Source: Selaginella moellendorffii (lineage: Eukaryota; Plantae; Lycopodiophyta). From it: DNA of 64,000 nucleotides. Made by a program: the position numbers and the translations under genes. Positions 35,935-49,600 of this stretch are shown piece by piece (positions within the stretch are counted from its first letter, which is position 1; each line of letters opens with the position of its first letter). The notes below the pieces were generated by a model. The model saw only the letters and a list, made by a program, of their open reading frames with translations. It did not search any database and was not told the origin of the DNA. The stretch spans positions 820,642 through 884,641 of the forward strand of contig NW_003314288.1 of the NCBI RefSeq assembly GCF_000143415.4. The letters run 5' to 3'.

Positions 35935-38189
35935 GTGATAAGCCACTTGTGGTAGAAGGCTAAGGCTCATGCTATGGAGTCTATGTGTTCAGAGGGTATG
36001 GCTCATGAGTCCTTTTCTCTTTCTGATCCTAGTGAGGCCATGGGTGTCAGTGTGGACCAAGGAGAGAATGTATCTACTCATGTTCTAGCTGAAACTGCTG
36101 TCACTAAGCTTTCTAAAGGAGTGAAGAAGAATTGTATCAACTCATCTGAGCTGTACGGTTGTTTGTGCAATGAGTTGTGCATAGCCAAGTGCTCAGTGTC
36201 CTCTTCGACTCTGGTGCTACACATACTTTCATTAACAAGGCTAGTGATGAGGGTATAGGAGCTGTCTTGGCGCAAGACTGCTGTCCTATTGCCTACATAA
36301 GCCACGAGTTTGACACAATTGAACTGCCAACTCGGGATAGGAAGTTGTATGTTGTAGTTGTTGCGGTCAAAGAGTGGAGGCATTATCTGTATGGTTTGGA
36401 TTTTTCATGTGGATAACTTTACCACTTGTCACTCTTTTCACTCGCCAGATGGAGCTTTGAGGCCGGCTAGCTCATTGACTAGAGTTTTTGCAGGAAATGG
36501 ATGTGCAGATTCCAAACCACCAGAGGAGTTTAGCTCTGGGGTTTAAGGTGACGAAAACCGATTTCCCCAGGGATTCCCGAGTAAAAGTCAAAGGGTAATT
36601 TTGACTGCAGATTACTTGTGAATTCGGAAGATTGATGTTTAAAGCAAAGTTGCTAGGTTTTCCAAGATCTACAACTTTTCTTTAAGACAATTTTCCTCTT
36701 TTTGAAAGGAGTAGACAATAAAGGTGGTTGTTTCTCCATTGTCTAGGATGGTGAACTCTATCTCATTTGGGAAGCTCTCCAGTAGTTTGCTGGATGAAAT
36801 TAAGGAGCTTGCTGACTTTGACTCTTTGTAGTGAAGGCACGTGCAATTGTTTTGAAGGGGGACGCCTCTTCCAATGAAATTGTGCTTTCTTCGATGTACA
36901 AGATGGTTTCCTAGTCAAGAGGAATCGGGCTATGGTTCCTAGAGATGATGTTCTTTTACAGTGGATTCTATAAGAATGTCTGTTGCACCAAGTGCAGGAC
37001 ATCTGAGGACGTGTGTTCTGGTAGAGATGCATTTATTTTGGCCTGGAATGAAGTCAGGTGTTGATAAGTATGTGCACAGTTGTTAGACCGGCCAGGTGGT
37101 CACAATGGATTGTCAGAAGCATGAAGGTCTCTACCATAGTTAACCTCAGCGGAAGTGGGATAGCATTTTCTATGAGTTTCATAGTAGGCACTTCAAGGCA
37201 ATGATGCTATCTGGGTTGTTGTGGATTGTGTGATGATCTTGGCTCACTTCTTCCTTGTGAAGATAAATGCTAAGGCTTTGGACCTTGCTCAGCTGTATTT
37301 CTCTATGGGCTGCCTAAGGATGTTGTAAGTGATCAGGATCCCACATTCACTTTGGAGTTTTGGCAGAGGGTGTTCCAGAAGCTTGAGACAAAGCTGAGCA
37401 TGAGCATCCACAGTCAGATGGACAAAAAAAAAGAGTTAATTAGGTGCTGGAAGACATGCTGAGATCGTTTGTTGGTCATCTGAAGAGGCAAGGTATTTGG
37501 GAGAAGTACTTGCCTTTGTTAGAGTTTGCCCATAACTGTGCCTTCCATTTGGCTATTGAGATGGCTCCGTTTATGGAAATGTATGGCTTTCAACCTCGGT
37601 CCCCTGTTGGTATGAACTTGGCTTCTCTTAAGGTGCACCAGGCAAAGGAGTTGGCTGATGAGCATCGTCAGCACAAGCAGTTTCAGGTTGGAGACAAGGT
37701 TTTCCTTTGGTTGTCTGAAACGCAGTGAGCTCTTCAAGGTGGAGGTAGTTCTAAGTTGTTGCCATAGTACTGTGGGCCTTGGATTATTCTCAAACAAGTT
37801 GGAGACCTTGCCTATCAACTAGACTTGCCTAGTGGTGTGAAGATTCATCCCATCTTCTATGTAGGAAGTTGAAGTGTTTGCATTCTGGTAATATCTTGGA
37901 CCAGTCTGCGATCAAGATTCCAGAGATAGATGTTTGAAGGTTGGCCCTACTTGTGTGTTATAGCAACGGCTAGCGCACACACATAGTAAGACTTGGAGAG
38001 AGTTACTTGTTCAGTGGAATGGTTATTCTCCATATGATGCTACATGGGATGTTGAGGATGATGTTGTTTCCTAATTTTGAGAATGACTTGGATGACATTC
38101 CAGAGGAAGAGGAGAAGTAGTTGCTTGCTCCTATCCTTTCTTTTCTGACCCCATTGATGGCTGGAGGTGTTGTGTCACGTGAGACAGTT

Positions 38190-39835
38190 AGTGGTTTTGT
38201 TAGTGGGATGCTTTGCTAGCTTCTCTCTCCTCAGCTACTGTTCATCATAGTTGGAGCAGAGGGAAAAATGTCACCGTATTTCGTGATGAACCAGCTGATT
38301 CTGGACCTAGGTCTCTGATCAAAAAGGCAAATACCAAATGCAAATTTGCATGTGAAGAGGTGTTCAAGCATCTCCATGGGGTTTTCATTGCATAGAATAC
38401 ACAGAGTTTTGTGAACTGTGAGCCAATCACCAACAGGGATGCTGTCCTGCACAAGAAGCCAGCTTACCTTAGCTTCCACCAGTGTCTTCCACATGTTCAC
38501 AATGGACTTCCGATTCTTCAACTTTTGCATAAGCCTGGTGTCAATTTTATCCATCAAAAGCTCTCTGCCATGCTTAGACCTGTACATAAAAAAAGACACA
38601 CTGAACTCATTACCTTCCCAGGATAACTGAGCCAGATCCTATATAAGAACAGATATAGGTACTCCCAAAACTAGTGTATTGCAGAGCATTCTCCCAGTTG
38701 AACCTTAGGATCCAGTTCAGTGTATTTCCCTCTCTGATGTATCGTCCTGATCCTTTTACCGAAGGCCATCCTGGGAACTGGGACCTCCTTGGGAACTATA
38801 CATGGAAACAGTGCACCACTGTTATGGGGATAAAAAAAAATACCTTGAGGTGATGGGGTTGTTTCCATAACAAAGATGATTTGAGTCTCAGCACCATCAA
38901 GCATTATCCAATCACGAACCTCGATAACTTCAGTTTGTAAAGCAAGATGAAGGTGATCACAAGCGATGCTGCCTTAAGCTTTGATGTGGAGTTTTCATCC
39001 TGGGTTGTAATGGGTTGTCATGAGGCCATGTTTGCTCCAAGCGAACGTTAAACAAATACCTGACTTTACCTTTTTCATTGTATCATACCTTGTCCACTGC
39101 TGAGGAAGAAAAACAAGATCCCAACAAGAACTTTGCTGTAAGTGATTGCTTGCTAATCCAATAAGTCTTTGATCGAAGCCTATGCCACCTAGGCCAAAGA
39201 CCTCTAGCTGAACAGTCACCTATATACTGTTGATTACTGTTCTTATCCGCTACGTTGAAGAACAAGCGATCAGCTAATGCCTCTGTCAGATGGTCTGGTT
39301 CTTTCTGACTTAACCTGGGTAGGAGTGTGACTTCCATATCTTCAACATCTCTTTTGCTATTCCATCCTGGACCTTCTTTGTGTTCAGAGGAGCAGTGCCA
39401 ATCGATTCCTTGTTTCTAGTTACCACCCTGTCTAGGCAAGATCTTCTGTAGCTGAGCTCTGAAGAGGAGGTGCCAGCTCTGGTTTTGTGGATATAAACCT
39501 GACACAAGCACTTTGAAGAGAAGAGCTTCGGATTGAATTTCTGGTGTGGCACATTCCGAATAACTGAATTCCACTCTACTTTTGCCCGGACTTTGCACCT
39601 GCTGGAGTTTCTAAAGTTTCTACATATGTCGTTGGTGATCAAGTGTTGGTGAGTTATCGGGTGTTGTGGATCCAAGGCTTTTGCTGCATAGGTCCTTATC
39701 ACATCGTCCAACAAGTTTGTCCACAAATCTATGTGGTGACACTCAATGCACAACGTCAAGAGAAGATCCATGTGAAGCAGTTAGCTCGATATTGTTTGTG
39801 AACAGATTGATGTAAGGATTCTACCATATATTCTA
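38190..39835 (-). mobile_element. Degenerate LINE-like fragment, unbroken version
   Basis: Contains as one contiguous stretch the sequence found split between 12336-13590 and 63081-63510. Confidence 0.6.
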
Positions 39836-39840
39836 TATAT

Positions 39841-39950
39841 TGACCATTTTGAGGTAGCTCGGGGGTGGTTGGGTGGTGACAAATCTCAAGAGGTGGCATA
39901 GCATAGTCTATGGTGACTAGATCTCTATCCTTTTGCACCGGATCATAATA
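39841..39950 (+). repeat. Partial LTR of the 6189-6421 family
   Basis: Reverse complement matches ...GATCTAGT...CCCAACCACCCC.GAGCTACCTCAAAA; the LTR end lies at 39950. Confidence 0.7.
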
Positions 39951-42900
39951 GAAACCATCTCCTGCATCGAAGGAAGTGCAATCGCATTGGAAGAGGCACC
40001 CCTCTTTAAAACAATCACTACAAAGGAGTCGAAGTCAGCAAGCTCCTTAATTTCATCTAGCAAACCACTGGAAAGCTTCCCAAAGAGCTGGAAAGAGTTC
40101 ACCATCCTAGACAATGGAGAAACAACTACCTTTACTGTCTACTCCTTTCAGAAACAGGAAAACTGTCTTAAAGAAAAGTTGTAGATCTTGGAAAACGCTT
40201 TAAACATCAATCTTCTGAATTCACAAGTAATCTGCGGTCAAAATTACCCTTTGACTTTTACTCCGGAATCCCCATTTTTGTCACCTTAAACCCCAGAGCT
40301 AAACTCCTCTGGTGGTTTGGAATCTGCACATCCATTTCCTGCAAAAACTCCAGTCAATGAGTTAGCCGGCCTCAAAGCTCCATCTGGTGAGTGAAAAGAG
40401 TGACATGTGGTAAAGTTATCCACATGAAAAATCCAAACCATACAGATAATGCCTCCACTCTTTGACTGCAACAACTACAACATACAACTTCCTATCCCAA
40501 GTTTGCAGTTCAGCTGAGTTGCGTCAAACTTGTGGCTTATGTAGGCAATAGGACAGCACAACTCATTGCACAAACAACCGTACAGCTCAGATGAGTTGAT
40601 ACAATTCTTCTTCACTCCTTCAGAAAGCTTAGTAACAGCAGTGTCAGCTAGAACACAAGTAGATACATTCTCTCCTTGGTCCACACTAACACCCATGGCC
40701 TCACTAGGATCAGAAAGAGAAAAGGACTCATGAGCCATACCCTTTGAATGCATAGACTCCATAGCATGAGCTTTAGCCTTCTACCACAAGTGGCTTATCA
40801 CAAGCAAATATCTGTAGAATATACATGATTGCTTTAACTGCTCAAACGCTTCTTGACACTTTCACCCCACACCAACTAAGCATGCTTGGTGGTGTTTCAA
40901 AGAATATCCATCAAAGGAGCAGCAATCAAGGAGAAGTCCTTCACAAACTGGCAAAAGACTCTCACCATACCAAGGAAACCCATGCACAGTAGGGGGAACA
41001 AGCTAGTCAACGACTATCTGAGTCTTTTGAGGATCTTCCTGCACACCATCTTGTGGCACCACATGTCCGAGATAGTTGATCTCCTGAAAGAAGAACTCAC
41101 ACTTTGACAGTTTAGAATACAGCTTGTTCTCCCTCAATAGCAGCAACATTTGCCTCGCATGCATCTCATGTTCCTCCTTTGTCGTAGGACATCATCAAAG
41201 TAGTGCCTTGCACATGAGATTGCATAACTCTATCAAAAGAACTGTTTGATAATAGTTAGCCTCGGCCATCATATGAAGCAACATCTTTGCTTAGTTAGAA
41301 AAGACTCCTTGAGCATTCCAACGCTTCAAAATGAGATAGTCAAAGGATCTCAGCTAGCAATAAGTTGTTCTAGCATGGCTAGTCTTCTTTTGATCAATTC
41401 TTCTTGGTTGATTTTGTATTGTATTGCCAATCGTAATGATGGAATGATGTATTCAAGTGATGTCAAAGCTTCAAGGCCGTAGGTGAGCTTGAATGGTGTC
41501 AAATTTGTTGAAACCTTATATATGGTTCAACATGCCTACAAGGCATTGTATATGTGATTATCCCAATATTTCTGATTTATGTTCATGATTTTCATGAGGA
41601 TGTTTTTGAGTGTCTTGTTTGTAGACTCTACTTGACCATTGTATGGTTAAAGCCTTGTGCTAGATAGTGAATTTTTGAGTCAGAATTTTGATGGTTTCAT
41701 TGATGAAGTGTGTTTCTTGATCTGTGATGAGTTCTTAGGTAAACTATATCTTGTGATGATGTTTTCATAGATGAACTTTGTTGTGTTCTTTGTTGTAGTC
41801 TTTATTGGTTGATTGCAATTAGAATGTATTAGTTTTGCTTGGAGCTTGTCATAAGTGGACCAACAAAATCAAGTCCCCATCATTGAAAAGATTTGAATGG
41901 AGTTTTTGGATGAAGTTCTTGAGTTTATTTTTTTGGTGCATATTTGGTTCATTGGTAGATATCACATTTTTTATAAAACTTGGCTTAGTTGTGCCAAAGT
42001 GTTGGCTACCAAAGTCTTGCTTGTAAAATTTTTTGAGTTATGATTTCTTTAGCAAAATGTCCTTCTACTTGTCCATAATAGGCTTCTTCAAGTAGATCTT
42101 GTGTTTCTTTTGGGTTTGCACATCTTCGTAAAATGTTGTTTCTTCCTTGTTTGTATAGTTTTCTTCCCACGACTAAATATAGTCTTGTCCTCAAGACAAA
42201 TTGCTTGTGCTTGTCGGAGGTTGAATATCAATTTGGTATTGTTGCTATTGTGAGGTAGTAGTAGATGTTGTCCATCTAGGTTGGTGATGTGTGGATTCAA
42301 AGGTTATTAGAGTCAGGAAAGTTGTCCATATTGTGTTTTGGTTGTTCATCAGTTGTAATGTGGCTTAGGTGTTCATGTTCTCTTCTAGGCTTGTAGATGA
42401 TCTCAAAGTTGTATTCTTGAAGTAGTAAGAACCATTGTGCAATTCTGCCGGTGAGGATCGTTTTGTTGAGAAGGTGGAGGAAGTCACCGAGTGGGTAGTG
42501 TTGAAACTTTTGGAGTGTGTAGATCATTGCTAGAGCTTCTTTCTCAGTTCTAGTGTAGTTCATTTCGGTTGAGTTAAGTCTTTGACTTGCATAGTAGATT
42601 GATCGGTCTTTATGATCTTCCTGTTGTTGCAAAAGGATCACTCTAACGGCATAATTGGAGGCATCGACTTGGACGTTGAAGTTTTTGTTCCAGTTTGGTT
42701 GAGCAACTATTGGAGCTTGGGTGAGGGAATTCTTGAGGTTGATGAAGGCGTTTTGACAATCTTGAGTCCAGTTGTAAGCTTGATTCTTCTTGAGGAGTTC
42801 AGTGATGGGTTTTGCAATCTTGGTGTAGTCTTTGATGAATCTTCGATAGTATCCTATCTTACCGAGGAATGATCGAAGGCTTCAAATATTGAATGGATGT

Positions 42901-43635
42901 TGTATGTTGGTGATTGTGAGGGTCTTGTCCTTGTCGATGAGGATTCCTTCTTTGGAAACTACATGTCCGAGTAGAATTCCTAAAAAATTCTTTGTTGCTG
43001 AAGACATTGAAGTTATCTATAAATACTCACATAAATTCGGTGAGGTATTCTTGAAAAGTGTCAGTGATGATCCATTGAAACATGAATGGTGCATTGGAGA
43101 GATTGAAAGGCATGAGAAGATAGGTGTATGCTCCCCATGGATTGATGAAAGTCGTCTTGTGTTGATCTTCAGGTGTAATGTGTACTTGATTATGTCTATT
43201 GAAGCTATTGAGAATGGAGTACATCTCATATCCTGCAACTGCATCAAGAATTTCATCAGAGAATGGAATTAAAAAGGTGTTCTTTTGGGTTGTATTGTTG
43301 AGCTTTTTATAGTTGACACAAATCCTAAGCTTGTTGTTCTTTTTGGGGACAATAACTAGTGGTGATAGCCATTTTAGATTTTGAATTAGGAAGATGAATC
43401 CAACATTTTTGACTTTGTCAAGTTCTTCCTTGACTTTATTTATATGTTGGGATTTATTTGGTAGGCTGATTGCTTTGTTGGTACTGCTTGTGATAGAAGT
43501 TCAATCCGATGTGTGTAGAATTCAGGTGGAATTCCTCGTAAGTCAGTCTAGAACCAGGTGAAAACATCTTGATAAATGTCAAGTAGTTGGGTTGCTTTTG
43601 CTTTAAAATCTTCATCAAGCTCTTGGGCAATGTGA
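39951..43635 (-). repeat. Inverted-repeat arm: gypsy B copy 3 (39951-41350) plus gypsy C RT-RH-INT (41350-43635)
   Basis: Reverse complement of ~30430-36910 without the hAT insertion. Confidence 0.88.
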
Positions 43636-43999
43636 AGTACCATTATACCATTCTAATGCTTTTCTTTTAAGTGTGAAAGGGAATAGAAGTTTTTTGTTGT
43701 CTTCTTGCTGATTGACTTATATAATTTAGTTAAATTGCTTGAGATGTCTTTCTACATTTTCAATTTTGCTACCAGTGAAGATTGGATACATAATCATGAT
43801 GCTATAGGGTGTTGTTGGGTTGATGAGTGCCATCTTTCTACTGTTGGTGATGGTTCAGTTTCTGGAGAAGTTGGATAAGATTGAAAGTTGTCGATGTTGT
43901 AATCTTCATAATCGGGAGTTTTGAGTGGTGGTAAATTTTGATTTAAGTCTAAATTTTGATTGATTGTTTCTTCCTTGGCATTGGTTGTGTTGATGTTGA
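43636..43999 (-). mobile_element. Gypsy gag fragment
   Basis: LFPFTLKRKALEWY retrotransposon-gag motif. Confidence 0.55.
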
Positions 44000-46572
44000 T
44001 GTAGTGCACTCTATCTCTCTCCCCTTAAGTTAACTAGAAAAGGGGAATTTTCTTGATAAGAAAGCCCTTAGTGGCTATTTTATCCCCATTTATCCTCCAA
44101 GGTATCTTCATTTTTGCATTGAATCTATCAATGCTTCCATTGTGTAAATCAACTATTCCATATGAGGCAACTAGTCATCTACCCATACCGCAGTCCTATG
44201 GTGGATACCTATGAAACACAAACCCTAAAGCCCCAAAGTGGAGCCAAAAGGGTGCCACATGGTAGTGGCCGAAGCAAAAGCCAAATGAGCAAAACACTAA
44301 AACCTCCAACTTGAAAAGTCAAGAGCGGGAGTGGAACTCCCAACGAAGGACCTAAGATGGACCTGAGATGGAGTTCGAGATGGAGTTCAACATGGATCTG
44401 AGATGGAGTCCGAGATGGACCCGAGATGGACCCGAGATAGAGTCCAAAATGGACCCAAGATAGAGTCCAAGATGAACCCAAGATAGAGTTCGAGATGGAC
44501 CCAAGATGGAGTCCGAGATGGAGTCTGAGATGGACCCGAGATGGAGTCCAAGATGAACCCAAGATGGAGTTTGAGATGGACCCAAAATGGAGTCCGAGAT
44601 GGAGTCTAAGATGGAGTCCAAGATGGACCCAAGATGGAGTCTGAGATGGACCTAAGATGGACCCGAGATAGAGTCTGAGATGGAGTCTGAAATGGAGTTT
44701 GAGATGGAGTCTGAGATGGATCTGAGATGGAGTCCGAGATGGACCTGAGATGGAGTCTGAGATGGAGTCCAAGACGGAGTCCGAGATGAATCTGAGATGG
44801 AGTTCGAGATGGACCTGAGATGGACCCAAGAGGGAGTCCAAGATGGACCCAAGATGGAGTCTGAGATGGACCCGAGATGGAGTCCGAGATGGACCTGAGA
44901 TGGAGTCCAAGATGGACCCGAGATGGAGTTTGAGATGGAGTCCAAGATGGAGTCTGAGATGGAGTCCGAGATGGAGTCCAAGATGGACCCGAAAGGGAGT
45001 CCAAGATGGACCCAAGATGGAGTCCGAGATGGAGTCCGAGATGGACCTGAGATGGAGTCCAAGATGGACCCGAGATGGAGTTCGAGATGGAGTCCAAGAT
45101 GGAGTCTAAGATGGAGTCTGAGATGGAGTCCAAGATGGACCCGAAAGGGAGTCCAAGATGGACCCAAGATGGAGTCCGAGATGGAGGCCAAGATGGAACC
45201 GAGATCAAGACTGAGACCAAGTTCGAGTCTGAAACCGTGACCGAGACTGAGTCCGAGTCCGAGTTCGAGTATGAGTCCAAGTGTGAATACTAATACAGGC
45301 TGTTGGGTGAAAGCCTAAAGTGATCGTCCCCTAGGGGGGGGGAGGGGCACTGCAAGGGGTTCCAAAAGTATAGTAGGGAGAGTGTGGTTGGACCCTAGTG
45401 GAGCCAGTTTGGCCCAGGAAGGTCATACCCAGCTGTTGGGTGATGAGATAACCATTGGGAAGTCCAAGACTAGAGTGAATACGTACCAACAAGCAGAGCT
45501 TGGTGAAGTGTTCAAGAGCCAGCTATAGTCCTCTCGGGAGATTAAATAGTCGATGCTCCTAGTCCAAGCATGGGTGGCACTACCTACTTAGATACCTGAC
45601 ATGGCTCAACGGAACCTCACTCTAAGCCCATGGCTAGAGCACCCAAATGCAGAAGGCAGAGAGAGTACCCATGAAGCTCATGTAGGGCCATGGTGTTCCA
45701 AAATGTTATTCCAAAGTCCCAAACTGTGGAAAGGAAGAGGAGTAGTCCTTTGGTGTGGCAACCAAGGATACAATCATACAGTGAGGAAACCCCAGAGGAC
45801 AATGTTACTTGGCGATCAAGCCTGTGGGCCTTGATCTAGTGGTAGTGTTGGCAAACACAGCCATGGACAGAAAGGGGACTGAAAAAGGGATATTGGGGAA
45901 GGCTGTTCCCCATGTTTGCGGGCATCCTAAGGATGCTAAGGAGTGGATCTAGGATGATCACTCATGGATGGACGGCCTAGTCTTTGAGAGACGGGACTGT
46001 GATGTAGGTGGTGTTAGACCACCGATGTGACCAAGGTGAATGGGCATAGCCTTAGCGTAATAAGCTGATATGTTAGTGGTACCTTGGGGTTTCAGTCATG
46101 GGATAGGACATGCGGAGCACTTGGACCAAGTGCAAACGTTGAGTGGCATGGACTCCATTCTTAGGGCTAACAAGCCCTAGGTCCTAAATTGGACTTATGG
46201 AGGTTGTGAATGAGACTCCTCCAAGTGGTCGGAAATGTGGTTAAGTGACTAAAGTAAAATAGAAAAATTAGTTGCTTACAATACTTTCATCCGTGGATGC
46301 TCCACACAAGAGGAAAGATGTATGCGTGGATGCCCAATACATACGATTTCAAATTTAGGGGTAGGAATATACTTTGTTCAAGGGTATATTATATTTTTAA
46401 ATAGCCATTAATGAAATTTTAAGAAGCCACTAATTAATGGGAATCGAACCCATACCATTTGCTCTGATACCACATGTAATGCATCCTATCTTTCTCCCTT
46501 TAAGCCAACTAGAAAAGGGGCAATTGCCTGATGAGAAAGTCTTTAGTGGCTATTTTATCTCCATTTATCTCC
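44000..46572 (-). mobile_element. Non-coding LTR element remnant with tRNA-Met PBS
   Basis: ~98-bp direct repeats at 44000-44098 and 46475-46572 (LTR 3' ends); TGGTATCAGAGC on the minus strand at 46461-46472. Confidence 0.65.
44352..45200. repeat. Minisatellite of mixed 12-bp (GAGATGGAGTCC) and 11-bp (GAGATGGACCC) units
   Basis: About 70 units; a variant unit recurs at 44828, 44991 and 45143. Confidence 0.95.
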
Positions 46573-46634
46573 TGTGACAGTATATCCAAATCTCATCCCA
46601 TGATCACATATACTATAGTTACTTTGTTTGCCAA

Positions 46635-49600
46635 CTTGTGTGGCTTGGGTCGTTTTATCAAAAGTCTTGAATATAATCTCAAGGATTTTGATTGAGGCTT
46701 GAGTCTTCTATTGCTTGTCTACTTTTAATTTTTGCTGGAGTTGTTTCTTCTCATTTTGTATTTGTTATATCTAATCTCGCTCTTATTTTTTGAGTGGATC
46801 AGGGTTGTGTTTGTACATTCAATGTTGTGCTAGATTTTTCTTGCATTATCATTTTCTTAAATTTGCTTTCCTGGTTTTGTTGTTGTTGTCTTTGGTTTAT
46901 TGTGTCCTTCTTGAGGAAATGTTGTATAGTTGTAGAATCATGTGGTGTAGACTAACATGATCTTATGTATTGGTATTTGTGTTGCTACATTGTACTTAGC
47001 TCAGTAAATTTAATTAGTCTTCAATAGAGTCATTGTTCACCAACTTTAGGATTGAACAAGAGTGCATACTATGATTACTCTTTTTACGAGTTTTTGTTGT
47101 GTTAATTGTTGTAAAGTAATTGTAGCCTATCTCTAATTGTGTTGTATAAAGTTGTGCACATCCTCACTATGAGTGTCTACATTCTCCAGTGGATGGTGAT
47201 GTTCAAAAATACTAAGTTGAGTAGTGGTTGTATTCTAAGTGTTGTTGTCCTCAAGGTTGTTGTTAATACAGATTTCTAGATTCTTGATTCTTGTATTTTT
47301 TATCTTTGATTGTTGTCCATGCTTTGATTAACTATTATTTTTATTCCCCATCATCCCCAAGGGACTTCCACTTATTAAATCCTTAGTATTTGATTTCTAT
47401 TTGCTTAGTTGCTTCTTAATAGCTCATTCGATAAATGTATATTTTCATTTTCAATAATATGAAAAAGAAATGCAAGTGCTTATTAGTATAGTAGATGGTA
47501 TACTATTACCAAAAAGAGTTTAGGATAGTTTCCATCTAACTAGACTACCTATTTCCAATTTACTTAAAACATCAATAAAAGAAGAGATTGAGATTCCAAT
47601 ATAATCCCACCCTAAAGTTATGTAGTGTAGAGCTTTTTGAGGGTCTACAACAATAACTAGTCCCTCAGCTACAATTGCATATATAGCATCTACTATCTTC
47701 ACAAGAGCTTTATACCATATACTACAAGCATTTATATCTATAGAAGAACAACCAGAATTAGGAATATTTTTGCCTCCGGAAATATTTTTACTCTCTATCT
47801 TTTGTGGAATAACATCTTCATTCTTATTCATCTGTGTTCCAATTGTATTTCTCTAAGAGATTTTGGTAGGAAATATCTCTATTTGAGACATCATTTGATT
47901 CTACTTCTATATAGAAAACCCACTAACATCCAACTCACCTGTAAGGGAGGAGTAATTCAAGTTAAACACCTTAACAATGCAAAGCAAAACACATCTAACT
48001 CTTAAAGAAGCACAGTGACAAATGCATATAGCATCTAAAGATTCTATTCTTCCCTTTGCAATTGATTCTCCATTATCCCAAACAATCTCTATTACATCTC
48101 CTTTAACTTGACAAAAAAAAAGAAAATTACAAATATCAAAACACAAATAGAAGGAAAAAAGTACAACAAAAAGACAAGCAAATAGGAAATTAAAAAACAA
48201 AGCTCCTTTTGTGAATATGAGAAAACAAAACATGAAAATATGTAGTAAAAATAATTAAAAATGCATCAAATAGGCACACACAAAGTCAAAGAATTTCTAG
48301 CATGCACTTGCATGCTAAAGACCCAATTTAATGTATTGATAAAAGAATATGAGCTCACAATAAACCAAAGTAAAATTAAGAGAGAAACAGATTGGTAAGT
48401 GCAAGTTTGTAAAATGACGAGAGAAATGGGGGTTATTTAACTTTGAACAAGCATGATCTCACACTCATTCTTGAAAAATATAAGGATTTCTAACACTCTC
48501 TCGCTCATGGTCTCTTGTTTTTTTAAGCTAGCATGTGGGCTCATGCCTAGCCAAACTCAAATTTGAGTTTCTCCAAAGAAGCTTGACATTTCTTGGCGTG
48601 CACTTGTACACCTATAGACAAGTTTTGGATGACTATCTCTTGTAAATCTTTGTTCTTTTGTTTTGAGATTTCTAGGCATGTGCTCTCATGCCTATTGGGA
48701 TGACTCTCTTGTAAATACACTACACTATCATGTAGTCTCACGCCAAGCAATACTAAAATACAAGTGTATATTCTTTATAATAATGGAAACCATATGTTTT
48801 GAGGAAAGAAAAACTTACCATGGCCATAAACAAACCAAAACAGTGTGGGAGAGATATGTGCTTAGGATGTGCTAGAGAGGAAGGAAAAATGCCTCCTAAG
48901 ATGTGATCCATGAACCTAGAGAACCCTGCCTAAAAAACCATAAGGCTAAGAGGGGGAAAATTTGAAATGCAAGCTTGACAAAGAATTTGAAATGCAAGGG
49001 TAGTGTTATGATACTAATAGCTTGTATCAGTTTTGTTTGAATTTAGGCAGGATTATTAGATAATGTAGTACAGATATTTAATGTTGTCATATAGTTCAAG
49101 AAGAGACTCCATAAAAAGTTTTCTCAAAAAATGAGATAACTAGATTTTTTTTAGTATTTATTGAAATTTTTTTTACAAGATTATATAATGAGAATCATGG
49201 CTTGAAATTTATTATTGAAGAGTATATGTTGCATGCTGTAGTTTATTACTCTATTTTATTCTATTTATATTCTTTGTTATATTTTACTGTTTTCATTTTA
49301 AATTTTATTGTTTTATAGAATTTAGTTCCTGAATAATATTGTTTGATCCATTTTATTTATCTTTCTTCTTTGCTTCGCTCGTGGCTCCAAAGAATCACCC
49401 CAGTAAAAAAACAATTCCTCCTTCCACAACTACTACTTTGCTACACTGCTCTACCAAAATCCACCCAGCAAGAGTCACTACTACTTGTGGAGTGTGATTT
49501 ACAATTCCACCTCTTGCAAGTCGTCTCCAAATACTCCGGAGGAACTGGCAGCTTCGAATCCCGCTGTGCCAGACTGTTGATGGTGGTGCCGATGAATCAA

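Larger units (their letters stand above)
32846..38150 (+). mobile_element. Gypsy remnant family B, copy 2, interrupted by the hAT element
   Basis: Inverted copy of ~13600-16370. Confidence 0.8.

Noticed and set aside
44352-45200. CRISPR-like array
   Set aside because: Contiguous units without unique spacers, no cas genes, eukaryotic context
44209-45293. Long ORFs (up to 268 aa) in several frames
   Set aside because: By-products of the stop-poor minisatellite; no domain content
46430-46475. tRNA gene
   Set aside because: Only a PBS and a T-loop-like motif; no cloverleaf
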